In this document: positions 1-13,059 of the stretch, in pieces | How the letters are laid out: each line of letters begins with the position of its first letter | How positions within the stretch are numbered: the stretch's first letter is position 1 | Origin: Eledone cirrhosa | Lineage: Eukaryota | Assembly: GCA_964016885.1 (NCBI GenBank) | Contig: OZ024741.1 | Span: 373,054,001 to 373,118,000, forward strand | DNA length: 64,000 nucleotides | Direction of reading: 5' to 3' | Notes under the pieces: model-generated | Told to the model about the DNA's origin: nothing | Seen by the model: the letters and a program-made list of their open reading frames with translations, nothing else | Databases searched by the model: none | Translations under genes and position numbers: made by a program

Positions 1-340
1 CAACAACAGATGTTTGTTGATCAAATCAAATGGAACAGATGTCTCAATATTTATCTTGAAATTTTACATGTGAAAGTCATATTAAATTAATCAACACATA
101 TGCTACAGGTACGATTTGTCAAGTAAGATATACCCATGAGAAACAAAATATTCTAGAATTTTCTAACCTATGTATCATTCAATTTGCCAGAGGAAAAAAA
201 GAATTTTAAGACCGTTAATTTAAATCAGAATTTCTCAAGTTTATTTTTGGTTGACTACTGCGCTCATTTTAAAGAATATATTTCATCAGCAATACTGCTT
301 ATGTATGTAAGCCAAATTCATGGACTTTTAAGTGCTGAGA

Positions 341-808
341 ATCATCATCATCATCATCATCATTTTACGTCCGCTTTTCCCTGCTTGCAAGGGTGGGACG
401 GGTCCTATTCAGCGCAGCATCTCTCCATTTGTCACGGTCCTTCATCATCTCCACCGTGAGCTTCAACGATCTGAGGTCTGTCTCACCACCTCCACTCATG
501 TTTTTCATGGTCTACCTCTACTACGTCTTCCTTCAACTGGCATTTCTTGGCACTTCTTTACCCAGCGGTCATCCTCCATGGACATCACATGTCCATACCA
601 TCGCAGTCTTCTCTCCCGCACACTACAACTTATCCCTCTTAAACACAGTTTCTCTCTCAACACACCCATGCTCGGTCGTTCACACACATTGATATTGCAC
701 ATGCAATGGAGCATGCTTGCCTCATTTCTCTCCAGCCGTCGCATATCCTCTGCAGTTGCTGCCCATGTCTCAGTACCATGCAGCATCGCGCACCTCACAC
801 AGGCACTA
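341..808 (-). mobile_element. 5'-truncated RTE-clade LINE, 3' end with (GAT)n tail
   Basis: Minus-strand translation ACVRCAMLHGTETWA...RLERNEASML...RRLRWYGHV...GRRSRGRP is the RTE ORF C-terminus. It is followed by a short 3' UTR (CCCACCCTTGCAAGCAGGGAAAAGCGGACGTAAAA) and a (TGA)n tail. The 5' break abuts a (TA)n tract. Confidence 0.92.
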
Positions 809-823
809 TATATATATATATAT

Positions 824-1650
824 CCCTGTATAGATAAGAAATGTATAATCTGTAAATTAAGCCCCCATATTAACTGTAAAACTAGAAATGTAGTATATAG
901 CATAAGATGTACTGAAGGACAATGTAGAGATAAAAATATAGTGTACATAGGTGAGACAGCTCGTAGTATAGGGGAACGGATAAATGAACACTGGCGAGAC
1001 CTTCAAGATAGTAAAGAATCATCTGTACTCTACCAACATGCTAAAATAGAACATAAGTGTAAATTAGAGAACATAGAAATAAAAATAGAATCAACACACA
1101 GAAAAGACGCAATGTTTAGACAAATTACAGAGGCAATAAACATAAATGAACTCCAACCAAAATTAAATAGAAAACATGAGTGGAACAGCAACATCACAAC
1201 TTACAATTAAGGACAAAATTAAAACACACACGCACAGAGAACAAACAACCAACCAGTAACATGTAAATAAACAAATAAATAAACCAATATAAACACACAC
1301 AGACACCCGGATGTAACACATGCGCAAACACACGCACAAAAACAAGATGGCGTAGGACAGAACAAAGGAGAGGCACAAAAACAAAGAAAAGAATCCCCAG
1401 TCACTGAAGAGGTCACAGAATGTGTGACGAAAGAACTTTGACAATATATAAACAACCACCTGGTTGTGGAACCAACCAACCAACCGGAAATTTATAAATT
1501 CCTAAATTATAAATTTATTATAATAAATTGAAGTGAAAGCAACTGGTGCGTGTGTTTCTTATTGGCAACATGACCTTCCCAAAGTATAACAATATCGGTT
1601 TCAACACACTTTTTCAGATAAAGAATCTTGCTAAACAAATTCAGAAACGA
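824..1650 (+). mobile_element. Penelope-like element 3' part: GIY-YIG endonuclease (824-1210) plus pseudo-LTR (family A)
   Basis: PCIDKKCIIC...NVVYSIRC...YIGETARSIGERINEH...QH...EAINI..LQPKLN is a PLE GIY-YIG with Cys/His motif. The downstream non-coding part recurs at 16390-16660, 56345-56665 and 58902-59176. Flanked by (TA)n on both sides. Confidence 0.9.
1400..1442 (+). ncRNA. Minimal type I hammerhead ribozyme motif (PLE pLTR family A)
   Basis: GTCA-CTGAAGA-G-GTCACA(GAATG)TGTGAC-GAAA-GAAC-TT-TGAC: stem I GTCA/TGAC, CUGANGA core with 1-nt insertion, 6-bp stem II, GAAA, vestigial stem III. Confidence 0.75.
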
Positions 1651-2322
1651 TATATATATATATATATATACGTATAAACAATGATGTGTTCAATAAGTGC
1701 TATAAAATATCTTATGAAATAAGGTGAAAGATTTTAAAATAATTATGAAAATAGTCATGTATTTGGAGGGATTTAGTAATATAACTAAATATGATATAAT
1801 GAAGTTGGCATTTGCAACATAACTTAACAAAGGGTCTTACATAAAACTATGATAGATATGAATTAGATAAATACAAATACTTCAAAATGAATAGTTTTGT
1901 ATCATGGAACCAAATGGGATAGTATCAAAAGAAAAAGAATTAAACATTTACTAAATAACTATTGGTGACAGTTTTATGAGCAACTAATATATGTGTGTGT
2001 GTGTATTGTAAGCCCTTTTCTTCCCTTACCACTCCTTGCCTTCCGATAACCCCCACCATCCTCTTGCCTTCAAGTGATCCTCTTGAGTCTTCCAGTTCCT
2101 CCCATGAGTGAAGGGACAGGTGGAAGTGGTAGCACCCACTTTGGGAATCACTGATTTAACTGATAAACTCTTGCCTTGTTAAAGAAATGTAAATACTAAA
2201 GCAACCAACCACACAGACTTCATTATGAAAAATTAGGTTAGTTTTTTTTTTAATGAAAATCCTTAGGTGTTAAACACGACTGTCGTCTCTGCTTGGCTCA
2301 GCTTTGTTAACAGGAATAAAAG

Positions 2323-2365
<43 letters not shown>

Positions 2366-2529
2366 GAAATGAAAAAAACAATATGCAGTTTCATTTGTGA
2401 TGAACACAATATAAGCAAACCCAGGCTGTTCATTGATTTAGTTTTTAATATTACATTATCCTCTCTTTCCAAAGAACTAATGAATTGCCAGCTAAACATT
2501 GACACAGTCCTATAAAATGGTGTGACGTA

Positions 2530-4030
2530 TTCATCATCATCACAATCACTACCATCATCACTAACCTCCATCACCACCAACACCAAGACAATCATCACCA
2601 TCACCACCAACACCAAGACAATCATCACCATCACCACCAATAATATTCCCACTAACACCATCACCATCAACACACCATCAACACCAGCACCAACACCAGC
2701 ACCATCACCACCAACTCCCCCACCACCAAGACCATCATCACCATCACCACCAACTCCCCACCACCAAGATCATCATCACCATCACCACCAAGACCATCAT
2801 CACCATCACCACCAACTCCCCACCACCAAGATCATCATCACCATCACCACCAAGACCATCATCACCATCACCACCAACTCCCCCACCACCAAGACCATCA
2901 TCACCATCACCACCAACTCCCCACCACCAAGATCATCATCACCATCACCACCAAGACCATCATCACCATCACCACCAACTCCCCACCACCAAGATCATCA
3001 TCACCATCACCACCAAGACCATCATCACCATCACCACCAACTCCCCCACCACCAAGACCATCATCACCATCACCACCAACTCCCCACCACCAAGATCATC
3101 ATCACCATCACCACCAAGACCATCATCACCATCACCACCAACTCCCCACCACCAAGATCATCATCACCATCACCACCAAGACCATCATCACCATCACCAC
3201 CAACTCCCCACCACCAAGATCATCATCACCATCACCACCAAGACCATCATCACCATCACCACCAACTCCCCCACCACCAAGATCATCATCACCATCACCA
3301 CCAATAATATTCCCACTAACACCAAAACCACCATCACACCATCAACACCAGCACCTACACCATCACCACCAACTCCCCCACCACCAAGACCATCATCACC
3401 ATCACCACCAACTCCCCCACCACCAAGACCATCATCACCATCACCACCAATAATATTCCCACTAACACCAAAACCACCATCACACCATCAACACCAGCAC
3501 CAACACCATCACCACCAACTCCCACACCACCAAGACCATCATCACCATCACCACCAATAATATTCCCACTAACACCAAAACCACCATCACACCATCAACA
3601 CCAGCACCTACACCATCACCACCAACTCCCCCACCACCAAGACCATCATCACCATCACCACCAACTCCCCCACCACCAAGACCATCATCACCATCACCAC
3701 CAATAATATTCCCACTAACACCAAAACCACCATCACACCATCAACACCAGCACCAACACCATCACCACCAACTCCCACACCACCAAGACCATCATCACCA
3801 TCACCACCAATAATATTCCCACTAACACCAAAACCACCATCACCATCAACACACCATCAACACCAGCACCAACACCATCACCATCACCATCACCACCAAC
3901 TCCCCCACCAACACCATCACCACCAACTCCCCCACCACCAAGACCATCATCACCATCACTGCCACCACCAACACCACTATCACGAACAACAACAACACCA
4001 CCACCATCATCATAACCACCACTGTCATCA
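2530..4030. repeat. CAC/CAT-derived compound minisatellite with higher-order structure
   Basis: Repeating ACCAAGA(C/T)CATCATCACCATCACC and ACCAACTCCCC modules. Marker TAATATTCC at 2641, 3305, 3451, 3558, 3704, 3811. Confidence 0.95.
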
Positions 4031-4740
4031 TTATCATGGCTGCTTTTCCATGCTTGCAAAGGTTAGCTGTTTCTCTGCAGTACAGTATTCTTTCACTTGT
4101 CTCTTTTCTTGATGAAGTTCAGCATCCTAAGGCCAGCTTTTACCACATCTGCCCTTCACTTCCATGGTCTTCCATATCTGCAGCTTCCTTCCCCTAGGAA
4201 GTTCTAGCACTTCTTCATCCAATAATCAGTGTAGTGTATAATTGTTTCTACTTTAGGCACAAGGCCAGCAATTACCCAGTGCATTACTGGTACTTTATTT
4301 TATCGACCCCGTAACGATGAAAGGCAAAGTCAACCTCGGCAGGATTTGAACTCAGATCGTAAAGGGACGTAACTATGCTGGAAAGCTTGGCGTCCGACCC
4401 TCTACCGATATGTGTATCAGTGTGTATCTGTGAAACAAACATACACACCAGATCCAAACACAAAGGAACCAGACTCCCACTGTCACTGCCACATCTCTCT
4501 CATTCTCTCCACCTCTCACTATTATGAGCAAATGGGGGCCCACATGCTGGCCACCCCATGACCCCAGCAGACGGAATAGAGAAGGTGTTTCCCTGGAGGA
4601 TGGTGATGGAGATGCGTTGGAAGAGCCAGTTTAGCTCACATACCAGCATAATCTTTTCTCCTGCATGCTAAATCTGATACCTCTTCTACCTACTTCTTTC
4701 TCAAACATATTCGTGCTTCATCACTCATGTGCACTAACAT
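4030..4740 (-). mobile_element. Decayed RTE 3'-end fragments interrupted by a SINE
   Basis: 4030-4220 and 4600-4740 resemble the 3' end of the copy at 341-808 (GCTTTTCCATGCTTGCAA tail, RRL.W remnant). Heavily mutated. Confidence 0.45.
4238..4410 (-). mobile_element. tRNA-derived SINE with Nin/Deu-type core
   Basis: Reverse complement of the family sequence seen at 63059-63250 (B box GAGTTCAAATCC; GCCTTTCATC...GGGGTCGATAAAATAAAGTACCAG). Confidence 0.85.
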
Positions 4741-7389
4741 TAACAATAATTGTATTTGTAAAATGTTACATCTAAGTTATAAGTATAGACATATTTTTCT
4801 GTCTCTAATGTAGCCAGTTGAGCATAATAGGTATATAGCTACAAATATGAAACATAAAAGTATATTTAACAAATGTTTTTATGTTGTTATGGGAAAATGT
4901 TCAGTATTTTTTTGCAATATAATTTGTAAAATATACCACAAAACCATTCAAAGCCATCATCTTACTGTTCTTTGGGGAAAATTGCTACCATTTTGCTGTT
5001 GCTGTTGTTGTTGTCTAAAGTTTGGTCAAACTCAATTGAGGAAACCTTAGAGACATAATATGGCTTTTGATTGGCAATAGTTTCAAACCAACTATAATTG
5101 TGAGACAAATCATGATAAGATTAAAAAAAACATTGAACTTGCTAGTCTCTTTGTTAACACATTTGATACCAGCCTGGCCAAAAACCACCACTATTTTGAG
5201 ACAGACCTCACATTTTAAAGGGTTCTTATATAAATTAAAACCTTCCAACATAATTTTATATAAGAATATTTTGTTATATTACAAATACCATCTTCATGAA
5301 ATTATAATTTTAGCAAATCTTTCCCAAATTCATCACTAATTTATGAAATACAAAATATTTCATAAGAAATATGTCAATGAAAGGGTTAAGAGAATGCAAC
5401 TATGTGATAAAAAAAATAACATGTGTAAGTGGTTAATACATTTCAGCTTGCCTAATCTGAGTTATTTGCTCACATATGTTTATAATATCTTTACTAATGG
5501 ATGGATTGTTGTGGAAATTTGGAGTTTTAGAGTAGACTTTAATTTCTTCCATTCACTTCTATAATGGGAATAGTCATTTGACACAATATTAACCAAAATT
5601 GGCATCTTTGTATGCATGTGTATGTGTGCTGTCCGAACAAGTATTCTCCACCTTCAACTATCTTACCCACTGCCTCTTGGTCCTAGCCAAGAGGCTGGAG
5701 AATACATTGCCCCGGTGGATGGCAAGGGAGATGTGTTAGAACAGCCAATCCAACTTTTGGGGTCTCGCACCTGCAGGCAGCCAACTCTGTTCCAAGTGCT
5801 TAATCAATAGTTATCAACACAGAAAGACAATAAACATACAAGTCCTAAGCTAAGAGCATGTAATCACCCCTAGCAGTTGTTAACCTAGAGAGATACAACA
5901 TTTTATAGACTCGTTTTTGATAGGAAAAAATGAGTATGGATAAATGGTTTGTGAAAGGTGTGTAAGTCATACACTGACACCTGGGAAGTGATCATGCCTG
6001 ATAGGTAGAAAAGCATAGGTTGGGATTTCATGCAGTGTACCTAATGTAAACCATGAGCACACAAAAGGTGCACCCATAGTTCAATTGATCTTATGATAGA
6101 GGGAGGAGAAGGTTAGAACAAACTGATAGAATAGGGTGGGGATTACTGGGGCAGGTGGTGTTAGAGAGAATAGGATGGAAAGGGAAGGATTATTTGGCGA
6201 TGGTGGCAGGAAGGCTGACGATAGGAAGAAGGGAGAAGATAAGGAGAGAGAAGAAGTACATAAGTATAGGATGTAATAAGTAGTGTTCATTAAAGAAGAG
6301 AAGAAAGGTGTGGTAGAATGGCAGGGTCAGCTTTGTAATAGACAAAGTCAGATGTTAAGATACCTATAAATAAATTTAAAATGACATGAAGAATGTTTCT
6401 AGGGTAGCTTTATGAAATTGTATATGCAAATTCACACATTTAAAACTAGTTAACACATTTTAAATAATTAAGATAATTTAAAGTTTTTCTTTTTACTTGG
6501 CGGGTCTGGAAAAAGAGGCAGTGCCATGGCATTCTGAGGTTCTCTAAGACCAGAGAGATTGATGTAATTGATGTTGCACTTACACTGTTGCAAATCCACT
6601 CCTTTTGGAAAGACATAAGCTGTGAGGAAGTTTCAAAAAGTGAACATTCTAGGCAGGAAGGATTGGGTACAATGGTTAATGTGGGAGCTGGAAATGTTGA
6701 ACACAACATGGTTGATAAAAGAAGGAGAAATGAGTGAGTTGGGATTGCATTAATAAAAATATCATGGGACTAGCAAGCTTTGAGGAGCAAAATCCATTAT
6801 ATGTATGCATGTATGTATGGTCCTGTAACTCCCGAGAGAGTCATTGGGCATTGTATCAACATAGAACATTTTTTTCAAATCCAGGTCTAAATATAGTAGA
6901 TTTCTTTCAGAGAAGGATAGAGAGTGAGAGAATGGAAGTGAGAAAGCGATACAGAGGAAGAATCGACCCCAGTAAGTGATTGGTACTTTTTTATTTACCT
7001 GGAATGGATGAAAGGCAAAGATGACCTCAGTGGGATTTGAACTCAGAGAGTAGAGAGCTGAAACAAATATCACAAAACATTCTGACGTACTAACGTCTCT
7101 GCCAATTTGCCACCTTAAAAGCCATTGTAATAATGGTAAAAGAGATGAAGGAGGGTTGAAACAGCACTTGTGTGGGCTAGAGGATGGCGAGTTGTTAAAG
7201 ATGATTACAATAATTAGAATGATTAATTGTAAAACACTAACTATGAGACACATGTTAAATACTAGCTTTTACAGTTCTAAATAATTAATTAGTACAATTA
7301 TATAGAGAGATAGAAGGTCAACAGTGTTAGGAAAAATAAGGAAGCTCATAAAGAAATACCATATATACTCATAAATAAGCCAAGAAATA

Positions 7390-7584
7390 TGAGGGTTGGC
7401 TGAAAAGTTCATAGGCTTACTATGAAGGATTGATGCTAGAGCTGTGAAATCTCGCATGCATTAATTTCAACTCTTATTATTAATAACTGCATTGTTTCTT
7501 TCTAGGGACTATGTTGAAAAATAAACCTCATTTGGGAATTCCATGACACTTTGGTCAGCTTATGAACTTTTCAGCTGACCCTTA
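7390..7584. mobile_element. Mariner-type MITE, copy 1
   Basis: TIR TGAGGGTTGGCTGAAAAGTTCATA / TATGAACTTTTCAGCTGACCCTTA with TA on both flanks. Same family at 36270 and 37950. Confidence 0.88.
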
Positions 7585-7868
7585 TATGTGACAAAAATAA
7601 TTAATGGTAAAATGAGAGGTCAATTTATATTCACGGTCAATATTTTACTGATTTTCACCAACATCAAAATTCTATGAAAATGAGTTGCTAAAATATTTTT
7701 GCTTTGGAGGTAAATATTACACTGGTTTCACTTTGGAGGTGACTATTAAACTTTCGACATGAAATTTATATTCCCTATTATTTCTGATGTTTTGAATAAA
7801 TATGGCCTTCAAAACAGTAAAAAGATCATTATGTAATGGAGTTGTGAAACAAAAACTATACTCTAAAC

Positions 7869-10340
7869 CAGTGCTTCTCAACCTTTTTCAGCCCATGGAC
7901 CATTTTTTTCTTCAAAAAATTCCAATGGACCACTCCTACTTTTACTTTTAAGCTGTTCCATTTTCACACTAAAATACTTAATGAAAAGACAAAATAGTCT
8001 ATTTACACTTTAAAATTTATTTTAGTAAACAAGGATAAACACAGGATATCAAAATCAATTTTGATGAAGTCATTCAGTTTTAGTCCATTCAGCTGATCTT
8101 GGTGTTTCTGACACAAGATATAATCAATTTTGATGAAGTCATTCAGTCTTGAGACTGCTGTTGAGATCTAATTTATTTCTTTTTCTACTGAAAACATCCA
8201 CAACAGCTGAACATCCAGATTCCACCATCCATGTGGTAGGGAAAGAAATGATGCTTGCTTCTACATGTTGAAAAATATTTGGGTGTGAGTCCTTTATCGA
8301 TATGTAGGCAAAGACACCTTCTTTGTCAACTCTTCTCAGTTTTACATTCTCTTTCAAGTCTAACAACATTTCAGCTAACTCAACATTTTCATCTCCTGGC
8401 TCAATTTTCTAGGTCTACAAACCAGAGTGGATAATCCACCTTTAATAGATCATTGTATCTTCTGTCAAAGTCTACAAGAAGACCTTCAAGATGGGTAATG
8501 CATGCAGCAATGCATTCTGATGTAGGAGCAGTGGTGTTGAAATTTTGAAATGATGCTAAATTTTTTTTCTCAAACTGTTTTTTCCAAAATTTCAATTTCC
8601 CCATATAGCCTTTTATCTTCTGAGCACAGGTGACTAAATCTGATCTTCTACCTTGCAGCTCTAAGTTAAGCAGATTCACTGTTTTAAAAATATCACTCAG
8701 AATATTTTTGATTTAAACTCAGGAAGTCTTTCCAAAATTTCCTTAGCTCTATCAACTTGCTTCTTGGAGTTGTAATGAGTCATTTGGGACTTGAACATGA
8801 GAAAATTGATTAATGGTTCCCACAAATACACTAGTCTTTCAAGGCTCAGGCCTTTTGACAACCATCTTACTTCTGTGTGAAGCAATAGGGTTTTTAAATT
8901 TTCATCTTCACAGAATTGCACAAAAAATCTATTATTCACTGAGTTTGATTTGACAAAGTTAATTGCATGTATGGCAGTGTTGAGTGCTTCTTGCATGTCT
9001 CCTCCAATATTCTTAGCAACCAAATGCTGTCTGTGGATAATGCAATGTATATAAAAGATATGAGGAGCAACTGATTTCATTCTAGAAACAAAGCCTTTCA
9101 CTTTTCCAGTCATGGCTGCAGCTCCATCTGATGCAATGTTGATCAAATTAGTCAATGGAATATGTTGATCATTAAAATACTGCATTACTTCATTGAATAC
9201 ATCTTCTCCATTAGTAGTTTCAGGCAAACTTTTAATGAATAACATTTCTTCCCTTATATCATCTTCATGCATGAATCTGACATAGACCAGAAGGATAGCT
9301 TGGTTATCAATTGTGCTCTCATCAATCTGGATAGAAAACTTTGTCTTTTGCAGAATTTCCACCATCTTCTCCTCAACAAAATTAGACATTTCATCCTGTC
9401 TTCTTGTAATAGTGTCATTAGAAAGTGGAATTGTACTCAGGGTAGATGCAACATCTTTTCCTAGAACCTCATTTGCACAAGCTATCATAGCAGGCTTGAC
9501 AAGCTTCTCACCATAAACCTGAGGTGCTGCAACCTTGGCAATAATTTCAGATACCAAATAACTTGGTTTGAGTGTCTTTGCTTTTGCAGTATTCATCTTC
9601 TTTACAAAGTCGGATAGTTTGACTGACTGTCTTTTATTTTTATTCTCAAAATATTCCCTATCTTTACTAACAGATTATGGATGCTTTGATTTCTGGTGCT
9701 GCTCCAGCTTAACTTTCTTCATGGAATGATTTGTCAAGATGGCACCACATTCAAGACACATAGGTTTTGAGTCTACAGATACACAGCCAAACATGATAAA
9801 ATCTTCTGTGTAATTCCTCAGTTTTGCCTTTTTAGCAGTTGGTTCAGACATTCTTACAACTGATATGAAAAAAAATAAAAAATAATAAATACTTTATTTC
9901 TATAAATTAGAAATATCAAATTTATTATCAAACAATATTGTGTAGTGATCTATTAGCATAGGAATAATTATTTTGATCCTTGTGGCGGATATATGTACCG
10001 AGTCTTTGCTATTCTCTTGAATATCTTACTATAATTTGCCGAATGTCCGTCTGTCTGTCCGTTTTAGTTATCAACGAAGAAGATTTCACGGTAGGTACAT
10101 TCGTTACAAGTACCATTTCTTTATATGAATAAAAAAAATAAAAAAAATATAGCACTGCATAATACCTACGTAATTTCGAAATTTTCAAATATAATGGACA
10201 TGTGTGTAATTAAACAAAATATATTAGTTACATTTTTGTGAAATGGCTACAATTTTTTTATGGTTACAAATTCTCTGTGGACCACTAGAAATGCTATGTG
10301 GACCACCGGTGGTCCACTTGGACCACGTTGAGAATCACTG
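7869..10340 (-). mobile_element. Full-length hAT transposon, Buster/Charlie group
   Basis: TIRs CAGTGCTTCTCAAC / GTTGAGAATCACTG (13/14 match), perfect 8-bp TSD CTCTAAAC (7861-7868 and 10341-10348) with the nnnTAnnn pattern, subterminal TGGACCA repeats. Confidence 0.97.
8040..9851 (-). pseudogene. Disrupted hAT (Buster/ZBED5-like) transposase
   Basis: ATG at 9851, BED finger (PMCLEC...H...KHP), premature TAA at 9675-9677, FSIQIDEST, SDGAAAM, HCIIHRQHL, HTEVRWLSKG, FPTTWMVESG. Frameshifts near 8700 and 8400. Confidence 0.93.
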
Positions 10341-12099
10341 CTCTAAACGACACTTAAAACATTTTGATTTTCAAAATATAATTTCATAAATATATTCTCC
10401 ACTCATGAGAATTTCAAAACTTGCACCATCTAAACATGTGTTGATTTGCCTTGGCCTATAAATGGGGTTTGGATTTTTGCCCATTTCTCAGTCATAAAAT
10501 AAGGACCGGCTTATATTTGGATTGACTTACTTTTGAGTATATATGGTAATCAAGATTGTGAAATATACAGTTAAAGCTAGGGTGGCTAGGGACCATAAAG
10601 AAGAAGAGAGAGGTATGGAAGAAGATAAAAAGAATAGATATGTAAAACGTTAAACTAATATATTGTGTCGTTTACTTTGTATTCCAGTTTACGTTTTGCA
10701 TACAGATAAAATATTAATATAGATTATGAAAGTACTGGCAAAAACTAGACAGGTAATACAGAAATACAAAATGATCAGGAAGTGCAAAGATAATGTAAGG
10801 GTCAGTAGTTTGGTAGATAAGTAAAACTAACTGTCCAATATCAAACCAGATGTGCTAATATGTTAAAAGTAAGAGAGTAGTGTTTATAGATGAGTGAGAT
10901 TTATGTTGACTAGATACTATGTATTCTAAACTGTTGAGTAGGTATTGGTAAGTATGCATACAATAAATGCAAGAGAGCATGTATATAGAGATAAATGGCT
11001 GTATTGAATACAGAACAGAAGGGATTGTATTGGGAATAGAATATCAGTATAAAATATTTGTAAGCTTTAAAGGAAACGAACTTTTAGAAATCTGTTTATC
11101 AAAGTGTCCTTGGCTAATAAGAATCTTAACAGCCTCCACGAAACATTCTTCAATAGGATTGTATTTAACAACTGACCTTGCTCGTATTTATGAAGTAACC
11201 AATCCTTTAATTCACCCTAACTCTTGACTCATACTCATCTCATCCTTTCTTTCTCTTTTTCAACTTTTGTTGAAATAATGGTTGAAACATTTGTAAGAAA
11301 ACAATGACTTATATGTGTGTGTGTGTTTGGGTACGTGTGTGTGTGTGTAGACTATAACTGTATCATTGTAACCACCACCACCACCACCATCACTGTTTTC
11401 ACATTCATTTTTCCATGCTGGCATGAATTAAACTATATTTTTTTGAAGGTAGTATTCTATGGTAGATGTCCTTCCTGGCATCAACCCATACTTATTTCTA
11501 AGTATGACATTTATTCCACTAATCTTCACCCAATGAACTACTAAGTTGCAGGACATAGACAAATGGCACCGGTTGTTTAAGTGGTCAGACACATACACAG
11601 CAAGTTACTGCACATTAGGACAGCGCACATAAGCATATATCTTTACTAAACATCTTTCTGAAGGAAATATCTTTATCACACAACTATGCCTATGTCTAAT
11701 TTATAGAAAATAACTATTTTGTAATAACACTAATATCGCCTATAGCTTCATCAGATTGACATTCAGAGAAGACATTCAAATGATTTGAGACTAAGAAATG
11801 AAAATTGCTTACATTACATTGATAGCAACTAAACATTTTCATCTATTTTTGCAACTATCTATAAAATTGAATAGTAATCATAGTGTAATAACCTTTAATA
11901 TTCTCATATACAATCATTGCTGATATATAACTTGTCAAAATTAGAAGTGAAAGAATTTCTTGACTCAACACCTAATACCTTTAGCTCTATGCATGATAAC
12001 GCCTCCAGGATCACTGACCTAGGATGACCCCAGCCCCATTGAGCAAGAGCAAGAAGGAGGAGACACCTAATATCTCCTGTATATGTGACAAATAAATCA

Positions 12100-13052
12100 G
12101 TATTATCAACTGGCTAGTACCCGTGAGGGGTCGGGTACTCTGTATTACTGCGTAACGCCAGAGGTCACGGTCGTGTGTCATCACCTTTGAGAGGTGCAAT
12201 TGGGTAAGGTCCGCTTCTATCACCTCATCCCAGGTCTTCTTGGTCTCCCCACTCCATGGCTTCCATTGACTTCTAGTGCTCTGCACCTTTTTATGCAGCT
12301 GTCATCCTTCATACGCATCACATGTCTGTACCAACGCAACCTCCTCTCCTGCACCCAACATTTGATTCCTCTTGTGCTCAGTCTCTCTCTGCATCCGTTT
12401 ATGCTTTGTCGTTCGCGTATATTACTATTACACATCCATCGGAGCATGCAGGCTTCGTTTCTTTCTAATCTACGCAAGTCTTCTACAGACAGCGCCCAGG
12501 TCTCACTACCATGCAACATCGCTGTTCGGATACACGCATCATACAGTCTGCCTTTCATTTTGAGGGAAAAGCCTTTTGCAGCTAGCAGTGGTAGTAGTTC
12601 CCTGAACTTCTTCCATCCCGTTCTTACCCTAGTTATTGTACTTTCTGAACACCCACCTCTGCTGCTAATTTGGTCACCTAGGTAGCAGAAGCTGTCTACT
12701 GTTTCTACAGAGCCCTCCCAGAGTTTGGTGGTGCTTGTTTCCTATGGCTGTTTGCTGCTTGCTGTCCCAGCGCAGCTGCTACATGTGAAGCCTACATTCT
12801 TAGTTAAGCTTCCTGAGATCCCACTACATCTCTAGTGTACCCATTGTTTGCATTTGGGGCAGAGGATGGAGTTCCTACCTACACCTTTCCTACATACTGA
12901 GCAAGGCTATTTCCCTGAGGGGATCTGGGTTCTGTTTTCTCATCTACTTACAAGGACCTTAGTCTTTGTCAGGTTGACTTTGAGACCCCTTTCTTTCTAG
13001 TCCCTGCTTCCATGTTTGGAATTTGTTCTCTTGTTCTACCATAGATTCAGCT
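12100..13052 (-). mobile_element. 5'-truncated RTE LINE copy (RT C-terminal half with PHD-like insert)
   Basis: KGRLYDACIRTAMLHGSETW...RRLRWY, closely similar to 59238-60180. Stops and frameshifts present. The 5' break abuts (TA)n. Confidence 0.93.
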
Positions 13053-13059
13053 ATATATA

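Noticed and set aside
332-1210. 292-aa ORF as a single gene
   Set aside because: Chance fusion of antisense RTE sequence, a TA tract and a PLE GIY-YIG end.
2505-2545. DDDEYVTPFYR on the minus strand as the next PDE4 exon (GxDLIVTPFAQ)
   Set aside because: Only VTPF matches, the acidic residues come from a CAT repeat, and there is no AQ/ILASLR continuation or suitable splice context.
2522-3307. His/Pro/Thr-rich ORF
   Set aside because: Translation of a stop-free tandem repeat with indels that switch between frames.
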